Virus record (IMG/VR): IMGVR_UViG_3300020352_000627
Span: 1 to 59,854 of that record
Length of the DNA: 59,854 nucleotides
Origin: a virus
Taxonomy: Duplodnaviria; Caudoviricetes
Strand: one strand, 5' to 3'
Below the pieces are notes generated by a model. The model had not been told where the DNA came from. It saw nothing but the letters and a program-made list of their open reading frames with translations, and made no database searches. The translations under genes and the position numbers were made by a program. Every line of letters starts with the position of its first letter. The stretch's first letter is position 1. Below, piece by piece: positions 45,184 through 58,400 of this stretch.

Positions 45184-45489
45184 ATGAGACATAAAAAAAA
45201 TAAACACAACATAGTAAAGCAAATGGAAACTAGAATTAAAACTGCTATGATTGGTTCTTTAGCTAGATTTGAAGAAGCTTTCGGAGAAGTGCTAGACAGT
45301 AGCGACCATTATGCAGAACTGTGGGATGATGTAAGAACTAAAATTTTGAATAACGGAAATCATCAAATTAGATTGGCAACAGAGGAACTAGAGACTTTTA
45401 TTTACGACAATAATTGTAAACCTAGTGTTGAGAAAAAGTATCACTATAAATTTAACATTAATCAGGACAGGAGCGAAGATGAAGACTAA
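45184..45489 (+). CDS. Hypothetical protein
   Basis: 101-aa ORF in the operon. Confidence 0.6.
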   Translation: MRHKKNKHNIVKQMETRIKTAMIGSLARFEEAFGEVLDSSDHYAELWDDVRTKILNNGNHQIRLATEELETFIYDNNCKPSVEKKYHYKFNINQDRSEDED

Positions 45490-46396
45490 AACATTTAAAG
45501 TAGAAGTGGATGGAGCAGAAAAGGAATTCTTAGTTAAGAATCCTTCTTTGCACGATCAAAGAGAGGCTCAAAAGGTTTATAATCAAGCCTTTACTGATGC
45601 CGTAAAATCTAAAAGTGTTGTCAGAGCAAAGCTAGAAGACTTGCTTAAAGATCAAGGGTTATGGGATGACGACAAACAAATAAAATTTGATACTCTTCAA
45701 AGAGAACTTTTGGACGGTGAAAAGAAACTAGCTAAGGGTGGTTTTGGACTTACCCAAGCTAAAGAATTAGCTCTAAGAATGAAAAATGTGCGTGATGAAA
45801 TTAGGGCTTTGGTAAGTGTGCGAACCAGTTTAGATAATCACAGTGCTGAAGGTCAAGCTGATAATGCTAGATTTAATTATTTAGTATCTAGTTGTGTAGT
45901 AGATAATGACACAAAGCAGCCTTGTTTTGCTAGTATGGAAGATTACTTAAATAGATCAGGAGAAGAGGTTGCTATTTTGGGCGCTCAGCATTTGGCCAAT
46001 ATGATTTATGGCTTGGACAATGATTATGAGCATAATCTACCAGAAAATAAATTCCTTAAAAAATACAAGTTTGTAGATGAAGAACTTAGACTTGTTAATA
46101 AAGAAGGGGATTTTGTGGATGCCGAAGGTCGTTTGGTTGATGAAAGTGGTAGATATATCGACAAAGAAGGTAATTTTGTTGATAGATTTGGTAATATTGT
46201 TGATGCTGAAGGCGAATATGTCGTTGACGCAGAACCTTTCTTGGACGATGATGGTAAGCCGATTATTCTAGAGGAAGAAGAGGAAGTTGTTGCTGAAACA
46301 ACCGAAGATTCTACCGAAAAAGAAGCTCCAGTTGCTAAATCTTCTAAATCTAAAAAATCTAAAGAAGATAAAGCAGAAAAGGAAGAATCAGCTTAA
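45479..46396 (+). CDS. Putative tail assembly chaperone with 7-aa (F/L/Y/I)(V/I)DxxGx repeats
   Basis: AGGAG SD before the ATG at 45479; directly upstream of the tape measure. Confidence 0.6.
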   Translation: MKTKTFKVEVDGAEKEFLVKNPSLHDQREAQKVYNQAFTDAVKSKSVVRAKLEDLLKDQGLWDDDKQIKFDTLQRELLDGEKKLAKGGFGLTQAKELALRMKNVRDEIRALVSVRTSLDNHSAEGQADNARFNYLVSSCVVDNDTKQPCFASMEDYLNRSGEEVAILGAQHLANMIYGLDNDYEHNLPENKFLKKYKFVDEELRLVNKEGDFVDAEGRLVDESGRYIDKEGNFVDRFGNIVDAEGEYVVDAEPFLDDDGKPIILEEEEEVVAETTEDSTEKEAPVAKSSKSKKSKEDKAEKEESA

Positions 46397-46399
46397 TTT

Positions 46400-46456
46400 A
46401 GTGTATATTATAGTGTTGCTTTTTATATAAGGGATCCCACGCAGTGGGATCTCTTT
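46400..46456 (+). promoter_or_regulatory. RGTGTA motif followed by a strong hairpin in the tape-measure leader
   Basis: AGTGTA at 46400; AAGGGATCCCAC-GCA-GTGGGATCTCTT at 46429-46455. Confidence 0.65.
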
Positions 46457-46483
46457 GTATAAGGATTAAGGATATATACTTCA

Positions 46484-49400
46484 ATGGCCAATGCTTTTAA
46501 CTTGACAGCACAGCTTAATCTTAGAGGTCCCTCTAATCTTAAGCCTGTGATAAAAAACATTAAATCACAATTGGGTAATATTAATGCTAATGTTAATTTA
46601 ACAGTAGCAAAAAATAGTAGTGCTAATATAGCAAAATTAAATGCTGGACTAAAAGCCCTTAATAAAACATTAAATACTACAACTGTTACTAGTAGAAATG
46701 CAGCGAATGCTATTAGCAGTTTAGGCACGGCAATTAAAGGGATTAATGCTAGCCAGGTTAGTGCTTCTATTAATAAAGCTACCCAAGCCTCAAAGCAATT
46801 AGCTGCTCAACAGCAAACTGTAAGCAAATCCCTAGCCTCTTCTAGAACAGAAATGGAAGAGTTTGGTAAACAGTCAGGTTTGGCTATTAGAAGATTTGCT
46901 GCGTTTAGTGCCGTAACTGCTGTTGTTTTTAAATTAAATAATGCTATTAATACTGGCGTTAGCTCTTTTATAGAATTTGAACAACAATTCATTAGATTGC
47001 AACAGGTTACAGGAGATAGTGCTCAGTCTTTAAGTAGACTACAAACCTCTATTACTAAACTTAGTACTGGCTTAGGTGTTACTTCTCAAGAATTAAGCCA
47101 AGTTTCTGTTACGTTAGCTCAGGCTGGTTTAAATGCGAGAGAAACAGAAAAAGCATTAGAGGCATTAGCTCTTAGTGCTTTGGCTCCTTCTTTTGATAAT
47201 CTTAACAATACTGTCGAAGGTAGTATTGCATTGATGCGTCAGTTTGGTATTAGTTCCAATGAGTTAGGAAGCGCTTTAGGTAGTATTAATGCTGTTGCGG
47301 CTAGTTTTGCTGTTGAAGCAGGAGACATTATCAAAGCTATTAGTAGAACTGGTGGTGTGTTTGCTAATGCCAGTAAAGGAGTAAGTGAAGGTACAGACGC
47401 TCTTAACGAATTCATTGCAGTATTTACTAGTGTTAGAGCTACTACTCGTGAAAGTGCAGAAACTATTGCGACAGGTTTAAGAACTATTTTTACAAGAATA
47501 CAAAGAGGCTCTACGATAGAAGCTCTTAAAGAGTTTGGAGTTACTCTTACAGACTTAGAAGGTAAATTTGTTGGACCATTTAAAGCTATTCAATTATTAA
47601 GTGAAGGTCTTGGAAGATTAGATCCTAGAGATATTTCATTCTCAAATATTGTAGAAGAGCTTGGTGGTTTCCGTCAAATTGGTAAAGTTATTCCTCTTAT
47701 TCAACAATTTGCTACCGCACAAAGAGCTTTAGGAGTAGCTAATGCTGGACAAGGGTCTCTTGCAGAAGATGCGGCAATCGCTCAATTAAGTTTAGCCAAT
47801 CAAATAGCCAAAGTTCGAGAAGAATTTTTAGGACTGTTTAGAGAAATAGGAGGAAGTGATAGTTTTCAAACAATTGCTAAAGGAGCTTTAGGTTTAGCTA
47901 GTGCTTTAATTAAAATTGCAGATAGTGTTAAAGGCGTTCTGCCTGTCTTGGCTATTATGGGAGCTGCTAAGGGTCTTTCTGCTGTTACACAATTTACTGC
48001 TGGATTTGCAGGAGGTATAAAAAGCGGTGGTGGGGCTAGAGGTTTTGGCTCAAGGATGTCTGGAGCTCCTAGTGGTTTTGCTACAGGAGGTTTGGTTCCT
48101 GGCCAGGGTAATAGAGATACTGTACCAGCAATGCTAACGCCGGGTGAGTTTGTAATTAGAAAAAAAGCAGTTGAAACTATTGGTGCTTCAAAATTAGGAA
48201 GCATGAATAAATATGCTGGAGGAGGCAAAGTACAAAAATTTGCTAAGGCAGGGCCTGTTAGATATAAGGCCGATAGAGGCAGTAAAATGCAAGAAGTTGA
48301 AAATTTAGGAGCTAGAGATGGAGATTCTTGGAGAGTTAATTATATTCCTTCTCCAGATAAGGTCGGTCCCGTCACTACTAGAGCCGTAGGGTATGACGCT
48401 TATGAAATAGGAAAAGGAAAAGGAAGAAAATGGGAAAGAGCTTTAGGTCAAATAGCTACTGATGTTGCAGATAGCGAATTTAAAAAGGGAAGCAGCCAAG
48501 CTTTTACAAAAGGATTTAATGCTGTTGGAGATAAAAACAGATCCATCGGTTCTCGTCCACTACATAATGTAGGTGACGTTGCTAGGGAACTAATTTCTCA
48601 AGGATTAGCTGTTCCTGCTGGATCGAAGGCTACAGGAAGTTCACCACAGCCGACAGATCAACAAATAGCCACACTTAAAACTTTTTCTTTTGAATACGAC
48701 AAAAAAACAGGTAAGACTAAAGGAGGACCTTTAAGACCAGGATTTAATTTAGGGGGCTCGGTACAAAGATTTGAAAATGGTGGAGGTATTAAAGTTGCAA
48801 AAACCGGCAAGGTTACTAAAGCAGCTATAGCAGGAGCAACAACATCACAAATACAATCTTTGCTGACTAATCCGAACGTGCGTAAAAATCCAGCATCGAT
48901 GGCATCATTAACTAAGGCTTTGAAAGAAAAACAACTTCAAGAAGCAGTATTGCCTAAGTTTGCTGTAATTGGACTGAGAGGAAGAAACTTTAACGAAAAA
49001 GTAAAAGCTCCTTCAAGTAAAAAAGCAGTAAATATTATGGGCTCTGTTTTACCAAAAGGTATTGCAGATGCTTATGAAGGACAAATGGCGGACGGTTTTA
49101 CTAAGACAGTTAAAGGCATATCTGGTCAAATTGCAGGTAAAGTTGGAGCTAATGTAATATCTGACACAGAACTTAAAGCAATTATAACAGAAACAGGTTT
49201 TTACAATGCTGTTGGTGCTTATCTTGAAAGTGCTGTCGCTGGAGTTGGTGCTCCTTTTCTAAAATCTTCAATTAATGAACCTATTGATTTTCCTGCCGGT
49301 GTTGGTAATGTTGGTAGTATGTTTGGTATTCCTGGAAATATTCCTACAGATACCACTCGAACTGTTGCTGAGAAAGGCAAAAGTCCTCAAGCGTTTCTTG

Positions 49401-52400
49401 GTCAAGTAGATAGATATATAGAAAAATATGGAACTACAGGAGCATTAAAACTTGCTGCTGGAGGAAGTGTAGCAGATACCGTTCCTGCATTGTTAACTCC
49501 CGGCGAATTTGTAATTAACAAAAAAGCAGCAAGAAGCATAGGTTCTGCTCAACTCAATAAGATGAATAAAGCAGACAAACTTCAAGGTTTTAATAAAGGT
49601 GGTCCTGTTGGGTTTGCTGATGGAGGAGGAGTGCCTCTTAGACCAGATGTTATTCAACAATCTACTGTTGCCATACCTGATAGCGCTAGACAAGGACTAG
49701 AAGAAATTATAAATGTATTAGAAGAGTTAGGAGTTCAATCTAAAGCAACTTCTAGCGTGGTTGCTAATCAGGGTAGAGTTAGTTATGAAACTGCAATTGA
49801 TGCTTCTAAAGCAGATTTAGCAAAAGCCAAAGCAGCAGGAGCATCATCTGCTCAGATAGGGGTTTTAACTAAAAATTTAATAAATTTACAAAGTGAAGCG
49901 TCAGCAAGTGTTAAAAAAAGACAAGGACTAGAAAGCGCTTTTGGTGCAGGAGGACGGGATAGCGCAACACAACAAGCAAATATTTTAAGTCAAGCAGAGA
50001 CATTAGCTGAAGGACGTATAGCAAAAGCTTCAGCAACCAAAGGTAAGAATTTAACTGCTGAAGACATAGCTAAAATTAGAGACTCCTCTTTTTCTGACGC
50101 AACCAGATCGGTAACGGGGGTTTCTAACGCTGATCTTAAAGCGTCAGGTATTAAGGGTTCGGATATTCAACAATATATATCTGAGACGGAATTAGATTTA
50201 AAGTCTCAGGATAAATTTTTGGAACAATTCCAAACCAGTAGACAAAAGCAGCTTTTATCCCAAAAAACACAGGCCGGTACCGCAAAATACACAGCAGAAG
50301 AAGCTAAAAAATTAGCAGCTAAAGAAGTCAAAGCACGAAGAGATGTTACCAAACAGATACAAAAATCCAGAGGATTGCCAACTGGTGGAGGTTTTGGCTC
50401 CAGACTTAAAGGTATGGGTGGACCTCAAGCTAGTATTGCTGCTAGTTTAGCTCTTCCTATGATAACAGACTTTTTCGCTGGAGGAGAACCTACTAGTGCT
50501 AGCGGAGCATCTAGTCAGGCATTAGTTCAAGGAGGAGCAGGAGCAATTTCTACAGGACTTGCTGTAGGTAGTATTGCTGGTCCTATTGCAGGGCTTGCTG
50601 CTGGGGCAGTAACTTTGGTTAAGTCGTTTGCAGATGCACAAAACGCTGCTGTGGAGTTTGCAGAAAAACTTAGTAGAAGTAAAATTGAAGAATCAGCCGA
50701 AAAACTTAACAAAGCTTTTGAGATACTAGCAAAGAATGCTGAAGATCAACAAACCATCAATCTTGTAGAAGCAGAACTAAGAAATATAAGTGATGAGACT
50801 AGAAAGTTAGTAGACAGTAATAATAATACCACCCAGGTTGGTTTGCTCAATATGTTCGATGTTTTTTCATCTAGTGAAGCATTTAATCAAAGAGGAGAGG
50901 TTTTAAGTAATCAGGGAATAGGTGCTTATCTACAAACTCTGTTTAACTCTTCTGGGCTAGAAGATGCTTTTGATAAAGAGAGACCTAGAATAGCTAGAGA
51001 AAATGCTAAGTTATTTGCAGAAACTACTCAAGCCACTAGAGAATTCATACATTCATTAGTTAATTCAGGAAAAACCTATGAAGAATTAATAAATGATCCT
51101 AATCTTCTTAAATTTTCTGAAAATTTAGTGTTAGCAGACGTTGCTGTACAAAGAGCTATACAAAATATCCAAAAAGCAGGCGGAAGTTCTGCAGACGTAG
51201 CTGACTTTGTGGCACGAGCTGCTGCTGAAAAAGCTAGAGAACAAATTAATATTAGCATTAATACTAAAGCTTTAGACGATCTTAATAAATCAGCTAAAGA
51301 ACTTTCTATAAGTTTTAAAAGACTATTTTCTAGTATGGACCAACAAGTTGCTAGAGCTACTTTTAGTTTAGCTAGATTTGATGAAGGTTTAGAACAAAGC
51401 ATAAATGCTCTTAGTGGTTCAGCAAGAATAGGAGAATCTTCTTCGCGTGATGCAAATATTTTAGAAAACCCTTTGGCGTTTAGTAGTGCGGATTTTAATT
51501 CAGCTACCGCTAGAAGTGCTGGTAGATTTGGTGAAGATTCCACACTTGTTAGAGGTATATTACAACTTGGACCAAGTTTAGAAGACAGCATACTTAAAAC
51601 TATTAATACAGTTCTGGCTAATGACGGGGATAATCCTGAGATAGCAAAAGGAAGAATTAATAGAGCCGTTCAAGAAGAATTAAAGAATCTAGGTCTGCCC
51701 GCTTCCCTAGCAGCTAAATTATCCAGAGAAATTGCAAAAGCTGTAGGAGACATTACCAATGAGACAGACAAAGGATCTGTTTCACTACAAGAACTAACAG
51801 AAAAAATATCAGGTTTAAATGACTTAATAGGAACATCTGCGCAAGCCAGAAAGACTGCGATCAATGCTTTAAATCAATGGCAGTCTTCACTAAATTCGTA
51901 TGCTAGCGCTATCAATAAAATAACAGAGATGCAATTAGAATCTGCAAATCGATTAAGAAGAGCAAGTAGCATATTATTCGATGCTCAGGTTAGTCTAGCC
52001 GGTGCTCTTGGTAAGGATATTAGTTTAGATACTTTAGAAAGAGAAAGAGATAGAGATATTAGATCTCGAACAGGAGGACTTAACGATCCTGTAGATATTG
52101 CGAATTCATTAAGCTCTTTGTTAGACAGAAGGCAGGCTCAAGCGGCTAATAGACAGGCTGCTGGTGCTGATATCAATGCTCCAGATGCTTCTGCTGCTGT
52201 TGTTAAAACCACTCAAGAATTAGCTAAAACAAATTTTCAAATCAATGAAACTAGAGCAGCGCTTGAAAGTTTAGCCAACGACTCGAATCTGGCTTCTGCT
52301 GCACTCAACAAAATACAAAAAGCTCAACAAGATCAAGCTGGTAAAGTTACTTTTATTGAAAAATTAGTAACTAGTACGCCAGCAGAATTAAAAAACTTAA

Positions 52401-55400
52401 ACAATTCTTTTGCTGATTTACAAAGATACATAAGTGGTCAGGCTATCTCTATTCAAGAAAGCACAGCAGCTCAAAAGGCTTATAGAAAAGCTTTACGAAG
52501 CGGAGCTAGTAGACAAGATGCTCAAAAAGAAGCACAAAAAGCATTCGCAGATCAAAGAGGCAATGCTTTATCTTTATTAAAAGAAATCAGTCCTTTTCTA
52601 GGAGATAATCAACAGTCAAATGATCTTAGAGCTAGTGCTCTTGAAACTATGCTGAGAGAGAGTGGTGTAGGTTTAAATCCTATGCTAACTAATGTTCTAG
52701 ATGCTTTAAGAAATCCACAACTTGATCCCGCTACAGCTAAAGCTATTAGCACATATGAAAAAGCTATAAATATTCAATCTCAAGCAAATGTACAACTTGC
52801 TAGGCTTAATGACGAACTGGCATCCAAAATAGCTAAAAGTAGCGCTGAAGCAATAAGAGATGCTTTAGAAGGTGTTACTGTAAAATTTGATCAACAACAA
52901 CTTGACGATCTTGTAAATGGAATCAGAACTGCAGTACCAGGAGGAAAGCCCGATGGTAAAGCTGCTGGTGGTATTATTTATGCTAGCCAAGGCACTGCTG
53001 TTGATTTTGCTCCTCAAGGGACAGATACAGTTCCTGCTATGCTTACTCCAGGAGAATTTGTAGTTAATCGATCAGCTACACAGAAAAATAGACCAATACT
53101 GGAAGCAATAAATAATGGATACTCTAAAGGAGGATCAGTCTCCTATTATGCTGGTGGAGGTTTTGTCGCGGGTAGTGCTGCCGCTGCTGATGATATATGG
53201 AAATATGACGCCAGTAAAAAACCTATTACTGTTGACAGTTTTCGGGAAGCGCCGACTTTGGATCCGTATGACGCATATACAGGATTAACAATAGGTAGAG
53301 AAATTGCCCCCAGTAAAGTTGTTTTTGAAAATGATCAAGCAAGAGTATCTGTTCCTCCTCTTATGGGTGAAGGTTTGACAGACGATGCTAACACAGTTTT
53401 GGATAAAAAAATACTTAGAACAAATAAATTATTAAGTATATCTCAAACAAGCAAACCATTGGCTGAGGCTACTCTAGCGTTTACTAAAGATGCGTTTGGT
53501 ATTAAAACTAAAGTGTCAAAAAACTCTCTAGCTTTGGGTTCTGGCAAAAGAACATTTCAAATGCCAGTTTTTAGAGATACTGCAAAGCAATATGAAGAAG
53601 CAGATTTTTTAAAGTTAGTTCAAGATTATGGTAATGTAAATCTAGGAAGGCAAACACCAGGACAAAAAGTAGGTGCATTTGAAGAATTTATAGATGCTAG
53701 TGGTGGCAAGCTAAAAATACCTCTAGATATCGACGCTATTACTACGGCAGATCCTACAATCGGTATGACGTTTGAATCTAGCTTGTTTAACGATACTGTT
53801 ATACTAAAATTAAAAAAATTAGCAGCCAGAATAAGTGATCCTGATGCTGGTCTTGGTTTCTTTTATGGTCAAAACCCAGCTGCATATGGTAAAGCTCTTA
53901 TGGGATATGATGTTCCAAATAAAACCCAAGCTGATTTTGGTGCTGGTCAAAAAAATATAGTAGGAGATTCTATTTTTGAGTCTGCAGAGGGTGACAATAT
54001 TGTTGGACAAATACCTACAAATTCATATTCAGCAGCAATGACAAAGTTTTCTGAAACAAAAGATAGACTAAATGAGCTTAAGGGTCTTTATGATAGAGGA
54101 GGAAGAGAAAGAGAATCTATTTTTCAAGATACTGATGCGGGACAGAAAAAAATTACAGACAAATTAAAAAAGATTTATACTTCCAATTCTCCTTTTATGG
54201 CCTATGGTTTTCCATCTACAGATCTTACAAACTTAGATAAAATAGGAGCTTTAAAAGAAGCAATAACTATTTATGGTGGTGGTCAATTAGAATTTGAAAA
54301 TAAGTTTAGACAGACAATACAAAATCTTGTTGGCACCACCCAAATACAAGCTAATCAAACCTCTTTAGGCACAGGCAAACCTATTTACATTTCTGCTACT
54401 GGAGGACCAGGAAAAGCTTTTGGTTGGACACAAGGTGTAGATTTAGAAGATCTGGATGTAGACTTTGCCAAAAGAAAACAAGAGGCAGAGGATGAAATGT
54501 CAAGGATTACAGGAACTAACGAATCTAAGTTAAAAGGTTTCTTTAATTTAGATGTTCCAGTTAATGGAAATCAGCAAAGTATTAAAATTCCTTATCATTT
54601 AAATTATACAAAATTTGACGGGAAATTGTGGGATTCTAATAATTTGACTGCTTCTCCTAGAGAAATGTCAGATTTATTAGGAGGACCAGGATATATATTA
54701 AACGCAGTAGCTGCAGACGCTCTCAATCCTTATGCTAAATTTAATGCTGGTAATGATATAGCTTTGGCAGCTAATCAAGCAGCTTTTGACAGTGATCTTG
54801 TTGTAAGTCCAGATTTTATTGAATCTAAATTTCAAAATGCTACTGTTAAAAACTATTTAGGAGAGGTTATAGAGCAGAGCAAGACAAACTTGGGTAGTAA
54901 AACAGCTGCTCTTGGTCCAATGAGTACTACCCTTGCTGCTGGAAACGGACTATCTTTCTTTAAAAAATCCAACAATACTTTTATTGATCCTAATATATCT
55001 AGAGTAGGCCTACCAACAAATGCTAGAACCACATCCCTAGAAAACTACTTAACAGCAGTTGCGGATCAAGTTCTTAAAGCAGGAAAAGATGCTCAAGAAA
55101 AGGCAGGCTCTCAAGTTGCTAATCCTGAGGAGTTTAAATCTACTCTTTCTCACATGAAATATCTTAAACCAGCTTTTGAAACTATTGCTAATACAGCATT
55201 TAGCTTGTTTGGAGCTGGCGGACCTTACAGCCTACCTGGTTCTCAGTTCGGAGTACCTGTACAAAATTTAGTAAACAGACAACAGATCAGAGATCTTAGT
55301 GGTATCTTGGGCGGTCAGTTGAATTCTTATACTACTGGTGTTGCAGGTAGTGTGGTCGGTGGTAATTTCCCTAATTTAGCTAGTTATGATTTGTATAATA

Positions 55401-58400
55401 ATGCTGAAGTTTTATCTCATGGCGCAATGGCTGCTTTTAATAGTATAGCAGGTAGCAATACTAACCTACTTAGTAGATACCTAAACCCAGAAGATCTTAT
55501 TAAAGATAATTTCAATTGGCAAACTCTTAAAGATAAAACCTTAACTATGTTTAGAGCTCTAGGAGCAGGCCAAAAATCTAATGCATTCTTAGATGGAGCA
55601 CAAGGCAAACTGACTGTTGATGATAAACTAGATCTTAGCAGTATTTTAGGAGAGGGAGACAGTATTATTAGTAGTGGTCCTGATAAGGATGGTAAATTTA
55701 CCAGAGGTAAAAATGGGCAGATTGGTGATATAGATACTCTTAGAAACGTATTAGATATTGCTTTTAATCCTTACAATAGATTTGACGAAATTACAGATAG
55801 AAAAATTTTAATTAATGCTATTAAAGCAAGATTTATGGGCGCTACCGGATCTACTGGCAGACCTTTGTTTAGTCAGCAAATGACGCAAAATGTTATGGAC
55901 AGTATGGATGCTGTTAAACTTTGGTTTGGTGGAGAACCTGGCGCAAATGCAGATATTGCTCAACCTCCTGAAGATTTTAATGCTGAAGGATTATCTAAAG
56001 AAGTTAAACAAAACCAACAACAACAAAGTTCACAAACTGGATCTAGCGTAGCTGGTAATGTGGCTAGAGGAATTACTGCTGCTGGTTCTTTCCTTCCTGG
56101 TTTAGCTGGGGCTGGTGGTGCGGATTCAATTAGTGGTGCCGCTGCTTCTATTAGAACATCTGCTTGGAAAGGTGTTGATTATCTGTACGATAGAGATCCT
56201 GCTACTCCAGATTATGCTACTAGACTAACAGAACTACAAAATGGTTTTGATCAAAAAATATATGATGAAGCTCAAAAAGGATTTGCAGAGTTAGGAGCTT
56301 TAGGTAATTTTGGTTCCTTACCTCCTCTTGATTATTATAAGTCTCTTGGTGATCCTGGCTATTACAAAACAGGAGGAATGATTTATGCTAGTCAGGGTCA
56401 ATTAGTTGATTTTGAACCTAAAGGAACAGACACTGTACCTGCTATGCTGACTCCTGGTGAGTTTGTTATCAACAAGCAAGCTACACAAAAAAATCTTCCA
56501 TTACTTAAAGCTATTAATAATGGAGGAGCTGAGTCTTATGGTGCGAATGGAGTTATGTATGCTGCTGATGGAACTGAGGGTCCCGTCAGGTCACCTGCTC
56601 AAACAAGAGCGCAGAAAGTGCAAAGATTTATAGCGTTGGATAAAAATAAGAATGGAGTACTGGAAGGAGATGAATTCCCTATAAGTAAATTCAGACAAGA
56701 CACTAATCTAGATGGATTATTAACTCTAGATGAGTTTATCGGTATTATGGATAATGTAAATGCTGACGACATTAAGACCTACAGAAATACTCAACGTAGA
56801 AAACAGAAGTTTGAGAATAACGAGGAGCGTCTAAATGCATCTGCTCTTAGAACTAAAGATTTAAAAGAACAAAAAAAAGCCAGAAGTGCATATCTTAGAA
56901 CAAGACAAGAAGCTTTAGACATTGGAGCAAGTATAGGAGAGGCTAATGCTGCTGGTCAAGAAGCTTACAGAAATAGTATTAATACTTATCAATCATTTGA
57001 TAGAGACACTTATGACAGAATTGATGACCTACCTCTTGAAAGACAAGAAATAGCACGAAAAGCTCGTGAAAGAGAAAGATTGCGAACGGAAGAGCCAATT
57101 AGATTTCAAAAAGAAAGAAGAGCAACATTAGCTGCCGATAAAAAAGCAGAGGAGGATAGAATAAAGGCAGAAAGAGCGGCAAAGAAAGCTGAACGGCTTG
57201 AAAGGATTCGTGAAACTGAGAGAATTAGAAGAGAGGCTGAGGCCAAACAAGCTGAAGCTGATGAAAAATTAAAGACAAAATTATTGGGTGGTAGAGCAGA
57301 CTATAGAGGTAGAGATAAGCAAAGATTAGATTTTGATGACGACTATGACAGAGGAGTTATGAGAAAGAAAGTTATAGCTGATAACTATACTTTCAAAGAT
57401 AAGACAGGCGGATTTAGTACAACTGGAACTATTGAAGGTGTCGATTATGATGCTAAGATGATTACAATAGGCAAGATCGATCCTAAAACCGGACAACCTC
57501 TTTTAGATGATGATGGCAATCAAAGAACTACTACAGTACCTTTAGATAAACTTGGAGACAAGACCTTAGAAAGAGTAACTTCATCAGATCAATGGAATAC
57601 AGGCAAACTAAAAGCAGAAAAACGTAGAGCTGATAAAATATTAAAAGATAAACAGTTAGCAGATGCTATACAGTCTGGTAATGAAGGGGCTATATATCCA
57701 ATAGATTCTGCTGGAAGGCCAACAACAGATGGGCCACTAACTCCTGAAGAGCTTAGACAACAAAACGACATAGCACTAGCGAAACAGACAGACCAGGTTA
57801 CGATGAGTACATTCAGGAATTTGAATGCAATAGAAGCAAAAGCAATAGAAAAGAGACAGAAGAAAGCTGCTAGAAGAGCAAAGACGTTAGAAAATAAAGA
57901 GAGATCGGACAAACTATTAGCTCCTGTAAGAGCGAAAAAAGCTCTTATTGAAGATATAAATAATCAGCTTGGACCAGAAGAAGCGTTGTTAGGAAGAATG
58001 TTTGACCAAGGTAAAGCTAGTAGTTTCGCTTATAAAGATAGTGCATTCAAATCAAAACAACCTAGAGGTAGAGAAGAAGCAGCTTACAGAATACAACGAG
58101 AAAAAGTCGAAGAACTTAAAGAAAGACGTAGAAAAGTTAAAAATGATGAAAAAGTTACTGTACCAAATCAGCCAATCAAACCAAGATTTGGAGGCAAAGG
58201 AGGCATCAAGGCTACAGAAGAAGAGAAGCAGGCTATTAATGCTAAATACGAAGCAGATCTTGCAGCATGGCAAGCTGAACAAAACAAGTACGATGCTCTT
58301 AGAACACAAGACAGTACCTTTGCTGCTGGAGTCGACGCTTTTACAAAAGCTCCTGTTGTTGCTCAGGGAATAGGTGCTGTACAAGGCGTTGCACAAACAG

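Noticed and set aside
44124-46396. Programmed -1 frameshift of tail assembly chaperones (G/GT type)
   Set aside because: No convincing slippery heptamer at an ORF end; each ORF has its own plausible start
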